Assembly (NCBI GenBank): GCA_038230075.1
Contig: JBBRNV010000005.1
Coordinates: 14,071-78,070 of the forward strand
Origin: Minisyncoccia bacterium
GTDB lineage: Bacteria > Patescibacteriota > Minisyncoccia > Phycocordibacterales > CALRBL01
Direction of reading: 5' to 3'
DNA length: 64,000 nt
Of this stretch, positions 18,210 through 28,432 are shown piece after piece. Under the pieces are notes generated by a model, which did not search any database, was not told where the DNA came from, and was given only the letters and a program-made list of their open reading frames with translations. Position numbers and translations under genes: made by a program. Each line of letters opens with the position of its first letter. Positions within the stretch are counted from its first letter, which is position 1.

Positions 18210-19489
18210 TACAGCGGATTATGGTCTTTTCGGAAGAATTTAACAAGGGGTTGATATGAATACTCTACCGCTCTAATAATGAGAATAAAAAAAGTCACAG
18301 TAAAAAGGCCAAGTGAAAATCCGGCAATAACATCGGTCGGCCAATGAACTCTAAGATAAATTCGACTAATTCCAACAAGTAACGGATAGAACAAGCAAAC
18401 AAGAAGAAATAAAAATTTATTTGTTCGTGAATCAATGTACTTTTTAAATACGAAGAAAATGAGAAGCGCATACATGGTTGAAAAGTTGGTATGTCCACTT
18501 GGAAAACTTAAAGACAGAACATTAATCAGAGCATTTTGAGGACGATCAATGTTTGTTACTAGTTTGAAAAAGTTATCGACAAGCACCCCTCCTCCAAGCA
18601 CCAAAGGAATGAGAATAGCATCAGTCCAATATCTTTTGTACAAAACATATGCAAACAGTAGTACCGATAATACCGCCGCAACGGCTGGATCTGCCAAGTG
18701 TGTGACGAATGTAAAAAATGATGTGAGAGTGGGTGTCGTAATCGAAGGAAGCCAACCATTAATGGTTTGATCAAATGTGCTCAACCACTCGTGATCAATG
18801 ACACCCTCGAGGGTATAACAAAAAATTAAAATGGCGGAGATGTTAAAAAATAATGCGTAAACATGATATTTTTTAAATACTTGATGACGATGATTAAGGA
18901 ATCGATATCCTAAAATAAGCCCAATTATAAGAACAATTGCTGCAAGAATAAAGGCGCTGAAGTATTGAATCGCAAGTTCGATTCCCTGTCCAAAGATATA
19001 TCCACCAACAAGATGTACCACCGCCCAGAACACTGAAGAAACAAGTGATGATGCAACAAATGCTCCAAATGAGTAGTTGGTTGAGCCAAAAATAACTGGC
19101 GAAATTGCACGAGTTACTGAATTAAATCGTCCGATAATAATTGTTTTTATTGGATGAGCTTCAACAACCGATTTCACTCTATCAATATTCTTTTTTCCAA
19201 TAAAAGCATATCCGGAAAGTTTTTCAAGAAAATGATTTCCGTATTTTTTCCCAACTACATATCCTAAAATATCTCCGAGAAATCCTCCGGCAGTTGCAAT
19301 GAAAATAAGAGGAACAAGATGGATCTTTTGAACATGCGCAGTGATTCCAAGAATAACAGTGATTGATGAACCCGGAACAATTGAGCCAACAATTGGTAAT
19401 CCTTCAACAAATGCCGCGAGAAAAGCAATGGGAAAACTGAAGGTTTGAATAAGAGGCTCTATCACCTTTAAAAGATGATGCAGTAACAT
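18209..19489 (-). CDS. Membrane protein, DedA/SNARE-associated domain fused to PAP2 (BcrC-like) phosphatase domain
   Basis: N-terminal VEGLPIVGSIVPGSSI (DedA), C-terminal PSGH (SFPSGHTNFS) and RIYLRVHWPTDVIAG (PAP2 motifs 2/3). Confidence 0.7.
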   Translation of the reverse strand: MLLHHLLKVIEPLIQTFSFPIAFLAAFVEGLPIVGSIVPGSSITVILGITAHVQKIHLVPLIFIATAGGFLGDILGYVVGKKYGNHFLEKLSGYAFIGKKNIDRVKSVVEAHPIKTIIIGRFNSVTRAISPVIFGSTNYSFGAFVASSLVSSVFWAVVHLVGGYIFGQGIELAIQYFSAFILAAIVLIIGLILGYRFLNHRHQVFKKYHVYALFFNISAILIFCYTLEGVIDHEWLSTFDQTINGWLPSITTPTLTSFFTFVTHLADPAVAAVLSVLLFAYVLYKRYWTDAILIPLVLGGGVLVDNFFKLVTNIDRPQNALINVLSLSFPSGHTNFSTMYALLIFFVFKKYIDSRTNKFLFLLVCLFYPLLVGISRIYLRVHWPTDVIAGFSLGLFTVTFFILIIRAVEYSYQPLVKFFRKDHNPL

Positions 19490-19491
19490 AA

Positions 19492-20241
19492 TTAATAAGC
19501 AGCACTTGAGGCAGATGTATCAACTGTTACTGGAACTGAAGTTGAAGATGAAGATGAAGATGTCGTGGCGTTTGTTGTCCCTCCTTCTTTTTTTGCCAAT
19601 TCTTTTTCAATTGCATCCTTAATTGTTTTAAAATCTGCCACACGAACAGTTGATTCTCCAACAAAGAATGTTGGTGTTGAAATAACACCAAGTATATCTC
19701 CATCACTCATGTCAGCTTTAATTTTATCGACAATACTTGCATTGTCACTATCTTTTTTAAACTTTTCAACATCGAGATTGAGAAGTTGTGCATACTTTTC
19801 AAAAGTGGGCTTTGCATCAACAAGCTCTGACCATTCATTTTGGTGTTCATACAACATGTCATGCATTTCAAAATACTTTCCTTGCATTCCAGCAGCCTCA
19901 GCAGCTTTTGCGGCAGGAAGAGCATTTGGATGAATGTTAAGAGGGTAATTTCGAAAAACAAATGTGACACGGTCTCCATATGTTTCAAGAAGTGTTTTAA
20001 TCATAGGATACGCTCCCCCACACGCAGGACATTGATAGTCTCCAAATTCAACTAATTTTATTTTTTCTTCTTTTGATGCAGGAATAGCTCGAGAATCATT
20101 GTGAGCAAGTAATTCCGGATGAGAAATAGCTCCTTCTTCTATATTCGAAGGAATACTTCCTGAATATAACCATCCTCCGATTGCTAAAATAGCAACACAC
20201 ACTGCGGCAATACTAACGATGATTTTAGTTTCTGAATTCAT
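19492..20241 (-). CDS. DsbA/BdbD-family thiol:disulfide oxidoreductase (membrane-anchored, Ser/Thr-rich tail)
   Basis: Thioredoxin-fold CPAC active site (FGDYQCPACGG), N-terminal TM, low-complexity SSSSSTS C-terminus. Confidence 0.75.
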   Translation of the reverse strand: MNSETKIIVSIAAVCVAILAIGGWLYSGSIPSNIEEGAISHPELLAHNDSRAIPASKEEKIKLVEFGDYQCPACGGAYPMIKTLLETYGDRVTFVFRNYPLNIHPNALPAAKAAEAAGMQGKYFEMHDMLYEHQNEWSELVDAKPTFEKYAQLLNLDVEKFKKDSDNASIVDKIKADMSDGDILGVISTPTFFVGESTVRVADFKTIKDAIEKELAKKEGGTTNATTSSSSSSTSVPVTVDTSASSAAY

Positions 20242-20250
20242 ATATTTATA

Positions 20251-20703
20251 TTATATACCCTTTTCTGACGAGGTATTCTGATTATATCGGCTATTAAGAT
20301 AGACAAGGACAATAATAACGCTAAACGCCACAAAGGCCATAAATGGAATGGTGATGAATCCCAAATATCCAACAAACCTTGTAGTACATGACACACCTTG
20401 TTGGCATGGGGCTGCCGCTTCTGGAATAATTTTATAATAAAGAAGATTGTGAAAAAGTGAGATGAGCCATCCAAACGAAGCCAGTGGCAAGACATATTTT
20501 GATACAAAATGATCTTTTCGTGCATATGCAACAGCAAGAATAAGCACAAGTGGATACATAAAAATACGCTGATACCAACAAAGAACACAAGGTGTGTAAT
20601 GCTTTATTTCACTATAATAAAGACTGCCAAGCATGGCTGCAATTGACTGAAGCCAGGCTAGTAATAACAGATTCCGCTTAACCCATGAAGATAATGTAGA
20701 CAT
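20251..20703 (-). CDS. DsbB/BdbC-family disulfide bond formation protein
   Basis: Four TM helices with the two Cys pairs (CVLCWYQR and CQQGVSC); adjacent to the DsbA-like gene. Confidence 0.75.
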   Translation of the reverse strand: MSTLSSWVKRNLLLLAWLQSIAAMLGSLYYSEIKHYTPCVLCWYQRIFMYPLVLILAVAYARKDHFVSKYVLPLASFGWLISLFHNLLYYKIIPEAAAPCQQGVSCTTRFVGYLGFITIPFMAFVAFSVIIVLVYLNSRYNQNTSSEKGI

Positions 20704-20772
20704 TAAGACATCATAACAAAATCACCCCCATTTAAAAGGGGTGATTTTGTTATGATGTCTTCTGTTTCGATC

Positions 20773-21543
20773 TTACTTAACTGTTCCGAGTGCTGTTTTC
20801 AAATCTTGAGTTGCCTGAGAAACAAGAGTTTTAAATGTTGCTTCTGTTGCAGAAATTGAAGTTTTTCGTGCCACCTGAAGTGCGGCGACCTCATCTTTTA
20901 CTTTTGGAAGCTGTTCCACTGAAGTCTTAAATGTTGCTTTTGCAGAAGTAATACCTGTTTGCAAATGTGCCTTTGCATCTTTGCTTGTCACACCATTTGC
21001 ACATTCTGACTTTGCTGTAGCGACTAAAGTGTCAACTGATTGTGTGAGTGTTGCCAACGCTCCATCGATACCTGTTTTTCGTCCATCTATTAATTGTGAT
21101 ACTCCTGTTGAAAACGTAGCAATTGCAGAATCTATAGCAGCTCGCTTAGTTGCAACTCCTGTATTAATAGTCGCCTCATAGGTAGCAACGATTTGTTTCT
21201 GGGCGTCAGTTTTTGCTTTCGCTTCTAATTTTGAAAAGTGTCCATCTCGATTGTTATTCCATTGATCTCTTTTTGCATAAAGTTTTGACCCAGCACTCAC
21301 TTCTTTTGCCTTAAGTGCATCTGCTTGCGATTGTTTTTTTGCAAGCAAGACATTTGTCTTTGATGCAATAGAATCTACATTCGTACAAAAATCTCCTTTT
21401 AGAGTTGTTGTTGCAGTAGCTGCAAATGAAGAAACTGGCACTACAACTGTTGCGATTAGTGCGAAAACTGATAATACTTTAGCTGTTCTTGTGATTAACA
21501 TATTAAATTTCATTAGTGTTATTTGTATTTGTAATTGAATCAA
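20773..21543 (-). CDS. Secreted alpha-helical hypothetical protein (true start probably an internal Met near 21501-21513)
   Basis: Signal peptide after MKFNMLITRT...; Ala/Thr/Lys-rich helical repeats; no known domain. Confidence 0.45.
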   Translation of the reverse strand: MIQLQIQITLMKFNMLITRTAKVLSVFALIATVVVPVSSFAATATTTLKGDFCTNVDSIASKTNVLLAKKQSQADALKAKEVSAGSKLYAKRDQWNNNRDGHFSKLEAKAKTDAQKQIVATYEATINTGVATKRAAIDSAIATFSTGVSQLIDGRKTGIDGALATLTQSVDTLVATAKSECANGVTSKDAKAHLQTGITSAKATFKTSVEQLPKVKDEVAALQVARKTSISATEATFKTLVSQATQDLKTALGTVK

Positions 21544-21967
21544 TTTCTATATCGGTGAGGTTAGCGATGGTTTCATATTGACCATCTTCAATGCTTTCGA
21601 TATAACCTTCCTCGTCTTGATTTGAAATATCGTACGCCATTTTATCTATACTGAAAGAAGGTTCATATGTATTTGTTTTGTACACATAACCACTTATTCC
21701 AATAAAAATACTGATTGCTGTAAATATTCCAACCACCTTTACTGAACTCGATCTCTTTATATAACGAGCATAAGGTGAAGATGTGACAATAGGTTGTTGT
21801 GAAAAGTTTTTAATAAGTCCTTCGAACTTTGTGAAGGATGGAATGGTTAATTCTTTTAAATCAACAAAAGCACGTTGAATCAGCTGTTCCTCACTTTCTT
21901 GTATTAAATTATCTTGTTTATTATTCATGTTACTTAAGCAGTCATGTTGATCGTGTCTTTTTATCAA
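21503..21967 (-). CDS. Putative membrane-anchored anti-sigma factor
   Basis: Lies immediately downstream of and overlaps the sigma factor gene; single TM (VVGIFTAISIFIGISGYV). Assignment is by context only. Confidence 0.4.
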   Translation of the reverse strand: MIKRHDQHDCLSNMNNKQDNLIQESEEQLIQRAFVDLKELTIPSFTKFEGLIKNFSQQPIVTSSPYARYIKRSSSVKVVGIFTAISIFIGISGYVYKTNTYEPSFSIDKMAYDISNQDEEGYIESIEDGQYETIANLTDIEIDSITNTNNTNEI

Positions 21968-22514
21968 AATTTACTTCATCTCTTTTTAAAATATCTCTCA
22001 ATCTTTTTATCCCTCTCGATTGCAATTGTCTAATCGCATCAAGATTTTTGTGAAGAATCCGAGAAATCTCTTCATTCGATAATTCAGAAAGAAATCTAAA
22101 CTCAAGTACTTCGCGCTCTCCACAACTAAGTTCTGCGAGCGCTTTATATAACCACACTGACCATTCTTTTTTCTCAAATAAAGAATCTTGTGGATCAAGA
22201 TCTGTTGCATATGTATTTAACACCTCATCATCAACAATAACCTCTCTACTCTTCTTCTTGAAATCTATGATGGCGTTTCGAGACATCGTATATAAATATG
22301 GAAGTAATGTCACCTCACCTTTTGATTCTCGAATTTCATAACGCTTCAATGCATCAATAAACTTTATAAATATATTCTGTACAATATCTTCAGCATCTTC
22401 TTTTTTTCCAACACGCAGTAAGATATATCGATACACCGGTGTGTAATATGTTTTATATAGTAGCTCAATCGCAGACCTATCTCCTTGTATTGCCTTTTCA
22501 ACAATGTCTTTCAT
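21942..22514 (-). CDS. RNA polymerase sigma-70 family factor (ECF-like, regions 2 and 4)
   Basis: Region 2 (YYTPVYRYILLRVGKKEDAEDIVQNIFIKF) and region 4 HTH (LSNEEISRILHKNLDAIRQLQSRGIKRLR). Confidence 0.85.
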   Translation of the reverse strand: MKDIVEKAIQGDRSAIELLYKTYYTPVYRYILLRVGKKEDAEDIVQNIFIKFIDALKRYEIRESKGEVTLLPYLYTMSRNAIIDFKKKSREVIVDDEVLNTYATDLDPQDSLFEKKEWSVWLYKALAELSCGEREVLEFRFLSELSNEEISRILHKNLDAIRQLQSRGIKRLRDILKRDEVNFDKKTRST

Positions 22515-22547
22515 TTATATAACGAATGATTAGATTATTTGTGACTT

Positions 22548-23309
22548 TTAAAGCATTGCGAACGAAATAACAAAGTAGATAAAACCCGCACCAAGAATAG
22601 TTGCAATGGTAGTAATTGTTCGTGGGTGAGCATGGTGACTTTCGGGAATCAAGTCGCTCGCACCTATATATAAAAAGAAGCCACAGAACACAGCGAGTAA
22701 TAATCCAAAATATCGATCAGGAATAGTAAAAAAGAGTGTAGAAATAATTCCAAGCACAGGAGCCAGAGCATCAGCAATTAACCATTTAAAAGCGTTCGTT
22801 GGTTTTCCTTTATTTTTTAATACAACTGAAACAGTATTTAAACCATCTGAAAAATCGTGAGCAAGAACTGCGAGTGCAACAACCGCACCAACAACAGGCG
22901 ATGCTTGAAATGCCAAACCAATCGCAACACCGTCTAGGAAGCTGTGAATCGATAAACTTGCCGCACCAAGAAATCCCTTTCTCTGATGTAGTTCGTTAGC
23001 ACACTCAACCTCATTTTCATCTTCCTCGTGATTATGTCCGTGCGTGTGGTGACCATGCGCATGAAGCATAAAGAGTCGATCAAGAAACATATAGAATAGA
23101 AAGCCAAGAGCGATGCATAGAGTAACCTTCTCTACACCAAACGAACTTCCGAGCGATAAAGCTTCGGGCATCAAATCAAAAAAAGCTACACCAATAACTG
23201 CACCCGCACTAAAACCCAACACTCCGTGAAGTGCATCTTTTTGAAGAATTCCAAAAACACCTCCAGCAATGGTTGCTAAAAATGTTCCGATGGCAAAAAG
23301 TAGTAACAT
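22548..23309 (-). CDS. zupT: ZIP-family zinc transporter
   Basis: HSFLDGVAIGLAF / LAHDFSDGL ZIP signature; His-rich loop HGHHTHGHNHEEDE. Confidence 0.8.
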   Translation of the reverse strand: MLLLFAIGTFLATIAGGVFGILQKDALHGVLGFSAGAVIGVAFFDLMPEALSLGSSFGVEKVTLCIALGFLFYMFLDRLFMLHAHGHHTHGHNHEEDENEVECANELHQRKGFLGAASLSIHSFLDGVAIGLAFQASPVVGAVVALAVLAHDFSDGLNTVSVVLKNKGKPTNAFKWLIADALAPVLGIISTLFFTIPDRYFGLLLAVFCGFFLYIGASDLIPESHHAHPRTITTIATILGAGFIYFVISFAML

Positions 23310-23348
23310 GTTGAAAAGTATAACACATCGATATTTGAAGCTCTCAAA

Positions 23349-24524
23349 TTAGATGAACCGTTCCTTCAACCTTAAGAAAGGTTGCTCGATATATGTATAT
23401 GAAAGATGAGCAATGCCAATAGTTCCTCCTAAGATCAGAATGGATAGTGGAATAAACTTCCAAACCGATAGCCCTTCATCCCCTATCGACTGAATATTCA
23501 ATAGTCGAAGTAAAACAGTGAGAACAATTAAATGATAGACGTACAGGCCGTATGATATTTTTCCAAGATGCACAAAAAAACTCTTCATCTTTTCTTTCAT
23601 TCTTATCATATTTTTATTTTCTTTTTTAGATTCAGCAAATGCAGCGATCATAATAATTAATCCAAATGAAAGTGCAAAAACTAACAAACTAACGACTGAA
23701 AAATATGCATTTGAAGCATCACCTAAAATAGATCCACGTATAAAAAGAATAATGAGTGAAGCAAGAGTCGCAATCTTCCAAAAGTAAGAACCGTATTTCG
23801 AAACAAACTGTACGACCACTTCTCTATACAGAAACGAAAAAGATCCAATGAGCGCACCGACAAATAAATATCCCATAATACTAAATGTATAAAACTCACG
23901 TATTTCAAATGTTCCGGCATATACAAATCGATGATAGAGAGAAATGAAGAGGCCACACATGGTGACAAAAACAACACCTCGCACTCCTATATATTTCCGA
24001 AACAAGAAAAAGAGAAGCGGCCATACAAGATAAAACTGCTCTTCGACCGCAATTGACCACAAGACTGCAATCATATCGTTTGTCACGTCCCAAAATGCTC
24101 GATATATATTTCCAAGCAAAAATACATAACAAAGTAACTCTTCTTTAACAATCGCAGTTTTAAGAACGTCAAAGTTTTTGGTGAACAATGAAATGAGACA
24201 AACAAGAATGATAACTAAAAAATATAATGGCCAAATACGAAGAACTCGACGTATGTAAAACTTTCGAAAAGAAATACTTTTTGTTCTATCAAATTCTTTC
24301 TCAAGTAGATACGTAATTAAAAATCCACTTAAAACAAAAAAGAAACCTACGCCGATATCCCCTATTTGAAAAAGTGTCCACGACCACGATTTAGGCTCCC
24401 ACACACTCGAAGGAGTTTTTAAAAATGCGGTTATATGGTTAATAAAAACCACAAAAAAAGCGAAGAAACGTAGTATATCGAGTCGAAAAAAGTAGTCTTT
24501 TGAAGAAGTGTGTTCGGAGGTCAT
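23349..24524 (-). CDS. Acyltransferase family 3 (OafA/YrhL-like) membrane O-acyltransferase
   Basis: FRLDILRFFAFFVVFINHI N-terminal motif; ~10 TM helices. Start moved to the internal Met (MTSEHTS...) to avoid overlap with the upstream gene. Confidence 0.65.
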   Translation of the reverse strand: MTSEHTSSKDYFFRLDILRFFAFFVVFINHITAFLKTPSSVWEPKSWSWTLFQIGDIGVGFFFVLSGFLITYLLEKEFDRTKSISFRKFYIRRVLRIWPLYFLVIILVCLISLFTKNFDVLKTAIVKEELLCYVFLLGNIYRAFWDVTNDMIAVLWSIAVEEQFYLVWPLLFFLFRKYIGVRGVVFVTMCGLFISLYHRFVYAGTFEIREFYTFSIMGYLFVGALIGSFSFLYREVVVQFVSKYGSYFWKIATLASLIILFIRGSILGDASNAYFSVVSLLVFALSFGLIIMIAAFAESKKENKNMIRMKEKMKSFFVHLGKISYGLYVYHLIVLTVLLRLLNIQSIGDEGLSVWKFIPLSILILGGTIGIAHLSYTYIEQPFLRLKERFI

Positions 24525-24525
24525 A

Positions 24526-24807
24526 CTACTCTTGTAACATCTTTTTTCTTTTTTCGGTATAGTCCCACCAAGGTTTTGCAGGTGCACCATTCATAAAATC
24601 AACAGCGGCAAGGAATGTATCAAGAACGCAAGGGTCATGCGTTACTCCTGTTTTTCTGCAAAGGGTCTTATACATTGTAAGCCCATCAGACTTTTGTAGG
24701 TCAGAAGGCGCGTGAATTCCAAGTAATGCAAAGTCTTCAATCATTGCTGGGCCGATATTTGGAATATCTTTTAACAACAATGCTTCTTTGTGTGTTTTGG
24801 CTTTCAT
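24526..24807 (-). CDS. Small helix-hairpin-helix domain protein (TfoX-C/Cdd1-like)
   Basis: LKDIPNIGPAMIEDFALLGIHAPSDL resembles an HhH DNA-binding motif. Tentative. Confidence 0.4.
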   Translation of the reverse strand: MKAKTHKEALLLKDIPNIGPAMIEDFALLGIHAPSDLQKSDGLTMYKTLCRKTGVTHDPCVLDTFLAAVDFMNGAPAKPWWDYTEKRKKMLQE

Positions 24808-24812
24808 TAAAA

Positions 24813-25496
24813 CTAGTTAAACATTTCGTACTGCTTCTTAAACACCCGCTTGGCGATCTCTAAAATTCCATAGGTGATAAAAAATGCTGAGAATACATCG
24901 ATTGAATAGTGAAGATGGCCAATAATTACTGCAACAGATCCTATGATAGTGCAAAGTAAAAAATAATATCGAAGATAGGCAAACCTCCAAAAAATAAGTG
25001 TGAGAAGAAATGGAAACCCTGTGTGTCCTGAGAAAAATAAGTCATTTCCAGAATCTAAACTGAAAAGAACTTGCTTAACATGATGTTCATATTCGTAGTA
25101 ACTATAGTGAGCGACAGCTGGAGCTGAGAGATGTGTCATCACCATAAATATTGAACGAATGATAAAAAAGAGTGCACTAGCAACCAACGTGAAGGGAATC
25201 GATTCGGGAATAAGAACGAGAACACATACAGCAGTAATAATAAAAAAGAATAATCCTTGAAAGAAAATATAGGAAACATCGATGGTTGGAAGATGATCGA
25301 GAAGAATATCTGGAACAACATATCCTAAATATCCCCCAATATATGTTCGGGCTATTCCTGCAGCAATAAGACTAACAATTAATAAGACCAGATTTACCCC
25401 AACCTTAATAAGAAACTTCTTATCTTTCCATAAAGACATGTGTTTACCGCATAGTATTTTAAGCTGATCAATCAAAGTATTTTGATTATAGTCCAA
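24813..25496 (-). CDS. PAP2-superfamily membrane protein
   Basis: FFSGHTGFPFL (PSGH-like) and GHLHYSIDV (SRx5Hx3D-like) motifs; multi-TM. Confidence 0.5.
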   Translation of the reverse strand: MDYNQNTLIDQLKILCGKHMSLWKDKKFLIKVGVNLVLLIVSLIAAGIARTYIGGYLGYVVPDILLDHLPTIDVSYIFFQGLFFFIITAVCVLVLIPESIPFTLVASALFFIIRSIFMVMTHLSAPAVAHYSYYEYEHHVKQVLFSLDSGNDLFFSGHTGFPFLLTLIFWRFAYLRYYFLLCTIIGSVAVIIGHLHYSIDVFSAFFITYGILEIAKRVFKKQYEMFN

Positions 25497-25531
25497 ATGA
25501 CATTATCGGTACAATAAATTATACTTCGAAG

Positions 25532-26116
25532 ATGACCATTTTTAGTCATCTACTTACCCTCATTGAATCGTCAAAATATTTCCTTCTTTTTATTGGTTCA
25601 TATGTAGAAGGATCCGTAGTCATGATGACCGGAGGAATATTGATTCATCTTGGCAGTGCGACAATTCTCAAAACATTTGTTGCATTGTACGCTGGTGATA
25701 TTCTGTCTGACATCACCCTCTATATTGTTGGTTACTTTGGCGCACGAAAACTAGTAGCACGTTTTGGAGGAGTTATTGGAGTAACTCCTGAAATTATCGA
25801 TAAAGTTGAGATACGTTTTAAACGTCATCACTTATGGATACTCATTATTTCTAAACTAACCATGGGTTTTGGTTTGGCTTACGCCACCCTTATCACAGCG
25901 GGTATTACTCGTGTTCCTTTTTGGAAATATCTTTCGGTAAATGCAATTGGCGGAATAGTTTGGATTCCCTTTCTTATGACGCTCGGATATTACTTCGGCA
26001 ATATATTTGATTATATTCCACACCAATTCAAAGTACTTTCATGGATCCTCATTCCAGTTATTTTTATTTTAGTTTTCCGATACGTCACCAAACGACTTGC
26101 AACAGTAGATTGGTAA
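25532..26116 (+). CDS. DedA-family membrane protein
   Basis: VEGSVVMMTGGILIHLG DedA signature; divergent from the PAP2 gene. Confidence 0.7.
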   Translation: MTIFSHLLTLIESSKYFLLFIGSYVEGSVVMMTGGILIHLGSATILKTFVALYAGDILSDITLYIVGYFGARKLVARFGGVIGVTPEIIDKVEIRFKRHHLWILIISKLTMGFGLAYATLITAGITRVPFWKYLSVNAIGGIVWIPFLMTLGYYFGNIFDYIPHQFKVLSWILIPVIFILVFRYVTKRLATVDW

Positions 26117-27226
26117 CTATACCCGACCTTTTTGCATATCACTTTTAAAAGCAGCAAGAACGTCTTCTGGTTGTATTTGTTCTATAAAAGAAAAATTGTT
26201 TGTTTTTATAAAGCGTTGAGTTAATCCCCGACCATGAGACCTATCGATAATAATATCTTCACTGTTTCGAGGTGTATATAAATGCGGTCCAGGACCAAGC
26301 AAAGTAATACTTGGAGTTCCAACAATATTTGCCATATTTCGAGGTCCGCTATCTATACCAATAAAATAATCTGAATCTTTTATCACAAGTAACAACTCAT
26401 AAAGATTCACTTTTCCAATAAGTGATTGAATATCGAGAGATGGTAACTGCGAGACAATAACATCTAAATCTTTTTGTTCTTTATGTGACCCCACAAAGAT
26501 GAATCGAAAATCTCCTAAGGCGGCTAAGAACAAAAGTAATGTCATCCACTTCTCGAGGCTCCAATGATTCATTATCCAACTAGCACCGGTATGAATAATA
26601 ACTTTCTTTCTTGTTGTTTGTAACTCACTTAAAGAATCGAGTTTAGCTGAATCTTCTTGAACTACAGCAAACATCTCATCAAAAGGAATTACTCGCGGAG
26701 CACTTCCTATCATTTCAAATACAACATCAGCCCATCGCTTCGGAGTTTTTCTCAACAAAAGAGAAACGATAAGATGTGGCACATACATGCTGTATGCAAA
26801 TAATCCTGTGTGTAATTTCTCTACACTAATATCTTTTATTTGTTTGTATGCATCTCCACTCATTCTTAATACCAACATCTCTTTGTAATTCCCGAGTTTC
26901 TTTTTGTGTTCACTCACCTGTTCGATATCTCGAGAAAAAACTGACTCGGCAATATACACGTTTCTAATTCCTTTAATTTTTTCTGCAATAGATTTAAGTG
27001 GAGGCGAAACAAGAATATCAATCACGCCTCCTTTATGTTTCTCTATGACATCATGTAGTGCAGGAACCGACACAATAAACTCTCCGATGAGGCAGGTGTT
27101 TACAATAAGAAGATTGTTTGTCGTCACTTCATTTGAATGATCAAAAGTGAAGGCTCTCTTAATAATAAGCAAGCAAAATAAGGGTATTTCTTTGTACAAA
27201 CTAAGGTAGTCAGTATTTAATTTCAT
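26117..27226 (-). CDS. Glycosyltransferase family 9 (heptosyltransferase-like)
   Basis: C-terminal GIDSGPRNMANIVGTPSITLLGPGPHLYTP matches the GT9 donor-binding signature. Confidence 0.7.
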   Translation of the reverse strand: MKLNTDYLSLYKEIPLFCLLIIKRAFTFDHSNEVTTNNLLIVNTCLIGEFIVSVPALHDVIEKHKGGVIDILVSPPLKSIAEKIKGIRNVYIAESVFSRDIEQVSEHKKKLGNYKEMLVLRMSGDAYKQIKDISVEKLHTGLFAYSMYVPHLIVSLLLRKTPKRWADVVFEMIGSAPRVIPFDEMFAVVQEDSAKLDSLSELQTTRKKVIIHTGASWIMNHWSLEKWMTLLLFLAALGDFRFIFVGSHKEQKDLDVIVSQLPSLDIQSLIGKVNLYELLLVIKDSDYFIGIDSGPRNMANIVGTPSITLLGPGPHLYTPRNSEDIIIDRSHGRGLTQRFIKTNNFSFIEQIQPEDVLAAFKSDMQKGRV

Positions 27227-27248
27227 GCAAGTCTGTTAGTATTGAAAT

Positions 27249-27971
27249 ATGAATCAAAGGTTTTTCTCGATTATTATACCAGCACACAATGAGGAAGTTC
27301 TTATTGAACAAATGCTTTTATCTTTGAAACAACTAGAATATCCTACTACACATTATGAAGTTATCGTAGTTGAGAATAGCTCTACCGATAAAACATACGA
27401 ACTAAGCAAAATGTATGAATCAAGTAACGTTAAAGTCTTTCAGACGAAAGAGAAGGGGGTATCGAAAGCGCGCAACTTTGGAATACATATGTGCGCACCC
27501 AACACAGAGTGGTCTATCGTACTTGATGCTGACACAAGTTTGAAAAGCTTATTTCTAAATGAACTCAATATGTTTCTCGATATGCACCCATTAGCAACAT
27601 ACGGAATGACTGCACTTACACCAAACAAAAATACTCTTACAGCGAGATTTTGGTTTTGGTATCGAAATCAAACAGATAAATTAATGAAAACATTAGATAC
27701 GATTCATATAGTAAAAAAAGAGTTACTGAGTAAAGTTCACTATAGTGAAGAATTTAACTTTACCGAAGATTTACAATATGCAGATGAATTAAAAAAATGC
27801 GGTGTCTACTTTTTTATGCCAACAAAAAGCCTTATTACCTCAACAAGACGATATGAGGAAAAAGGTTATATGAATATGTTTTTCATGAATCTTATAATAG
27901 GTTTTAAATATATATTCAAAAGAGAATCTTTGAAAAATAAATCTTGGGAAATTATTCGAGAGGATAAGTAA
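27249..27971 (+). CDS. Glycosyltransferase family 2
   Basis: FSIIIPAHNEE...VIVVENSSTDKT...DADT (DxD) GT-A signature. Confidence 0.8.
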   Translation: MNQRFFSIIIPAHNEEVLIEQMLLSLKQLEYPTTHYEVIVVENSSTDKTYELSKMYESSNVKVFQTKEKGVSKARNFGIHMCAPNTEWSIVLDADTSLKSLFLNELNMFLDMHPLATYGMTALTPNKNTLTARFWFWYRNQTDKLMKTLDTIHIVKKELLSKVHYSEEFNFTEDLQYADELKKCGVYFFMPTKSLITSTRRYEEKGYMNMFFMNLIIGFKYIFKRESLKNKSWEIIREDK

Positions 27972-27993
27972 TTGTGTTGTATTTAGGTTTATT

Positions 27994-28428
27994 TTAAAGT
28001 GAATTCTCTTCAATAAAACCTCTAACCAACACACCGATCTGATTCATTGTGACTACGTGTTCTTCAAGAGATGTTCCCTTAGGATCTTTTACATCCCAAT
28101 ATGTTACTTTGCTTGAATTCTTTAAGTAGTCTGGAATAAATTCTGATTCAACTGTTACCACTATTTTATCAGCCCATTCAACCATACCTGGAGTAAGCTG
28201 AGTTCTAGTATTTTCAGCTATTTCAATTCCTTTTTCACGAAGAGGCATGAGAACCTTTTCAATTTCTGGTATTTCTTTAAGCATTTGCCCATCTCTGCTC
28301 TCACCCTCTTTTGAAACAACTGTTGTTCCAGCAGAACTAACTTTATGTTTATTATTGATCTGCTTAAAAAGAGCTTCGGCCATCTGACTCCGTCCAACAT
28401 TTCCCTTGCAAACAAAAAGGATATTCAT
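27994..28428 (-). CDS. Low-molecular-weight protein tyrosine phosphatase / ArsC-fold
   Basis: N-terminal CX5R P-loop ILFVCKGNVGRSQMAEA. Confidence 0.8.
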   Translation of the reverse strand: MNILFVCKGNVGRSQMAEALFKQINNKHKVSSAGTTVVSKEGESRDGQMLKEIPEIEKVLMPLREKGIEIAENTRTQLTPGMVEWADKIVVTVESEFIPDYLKNSSKVTYWDVKDPKGTSLEEHVVTMNQIGVLVRGFIEENSL

Positions 28429-28432
28429 AAAT

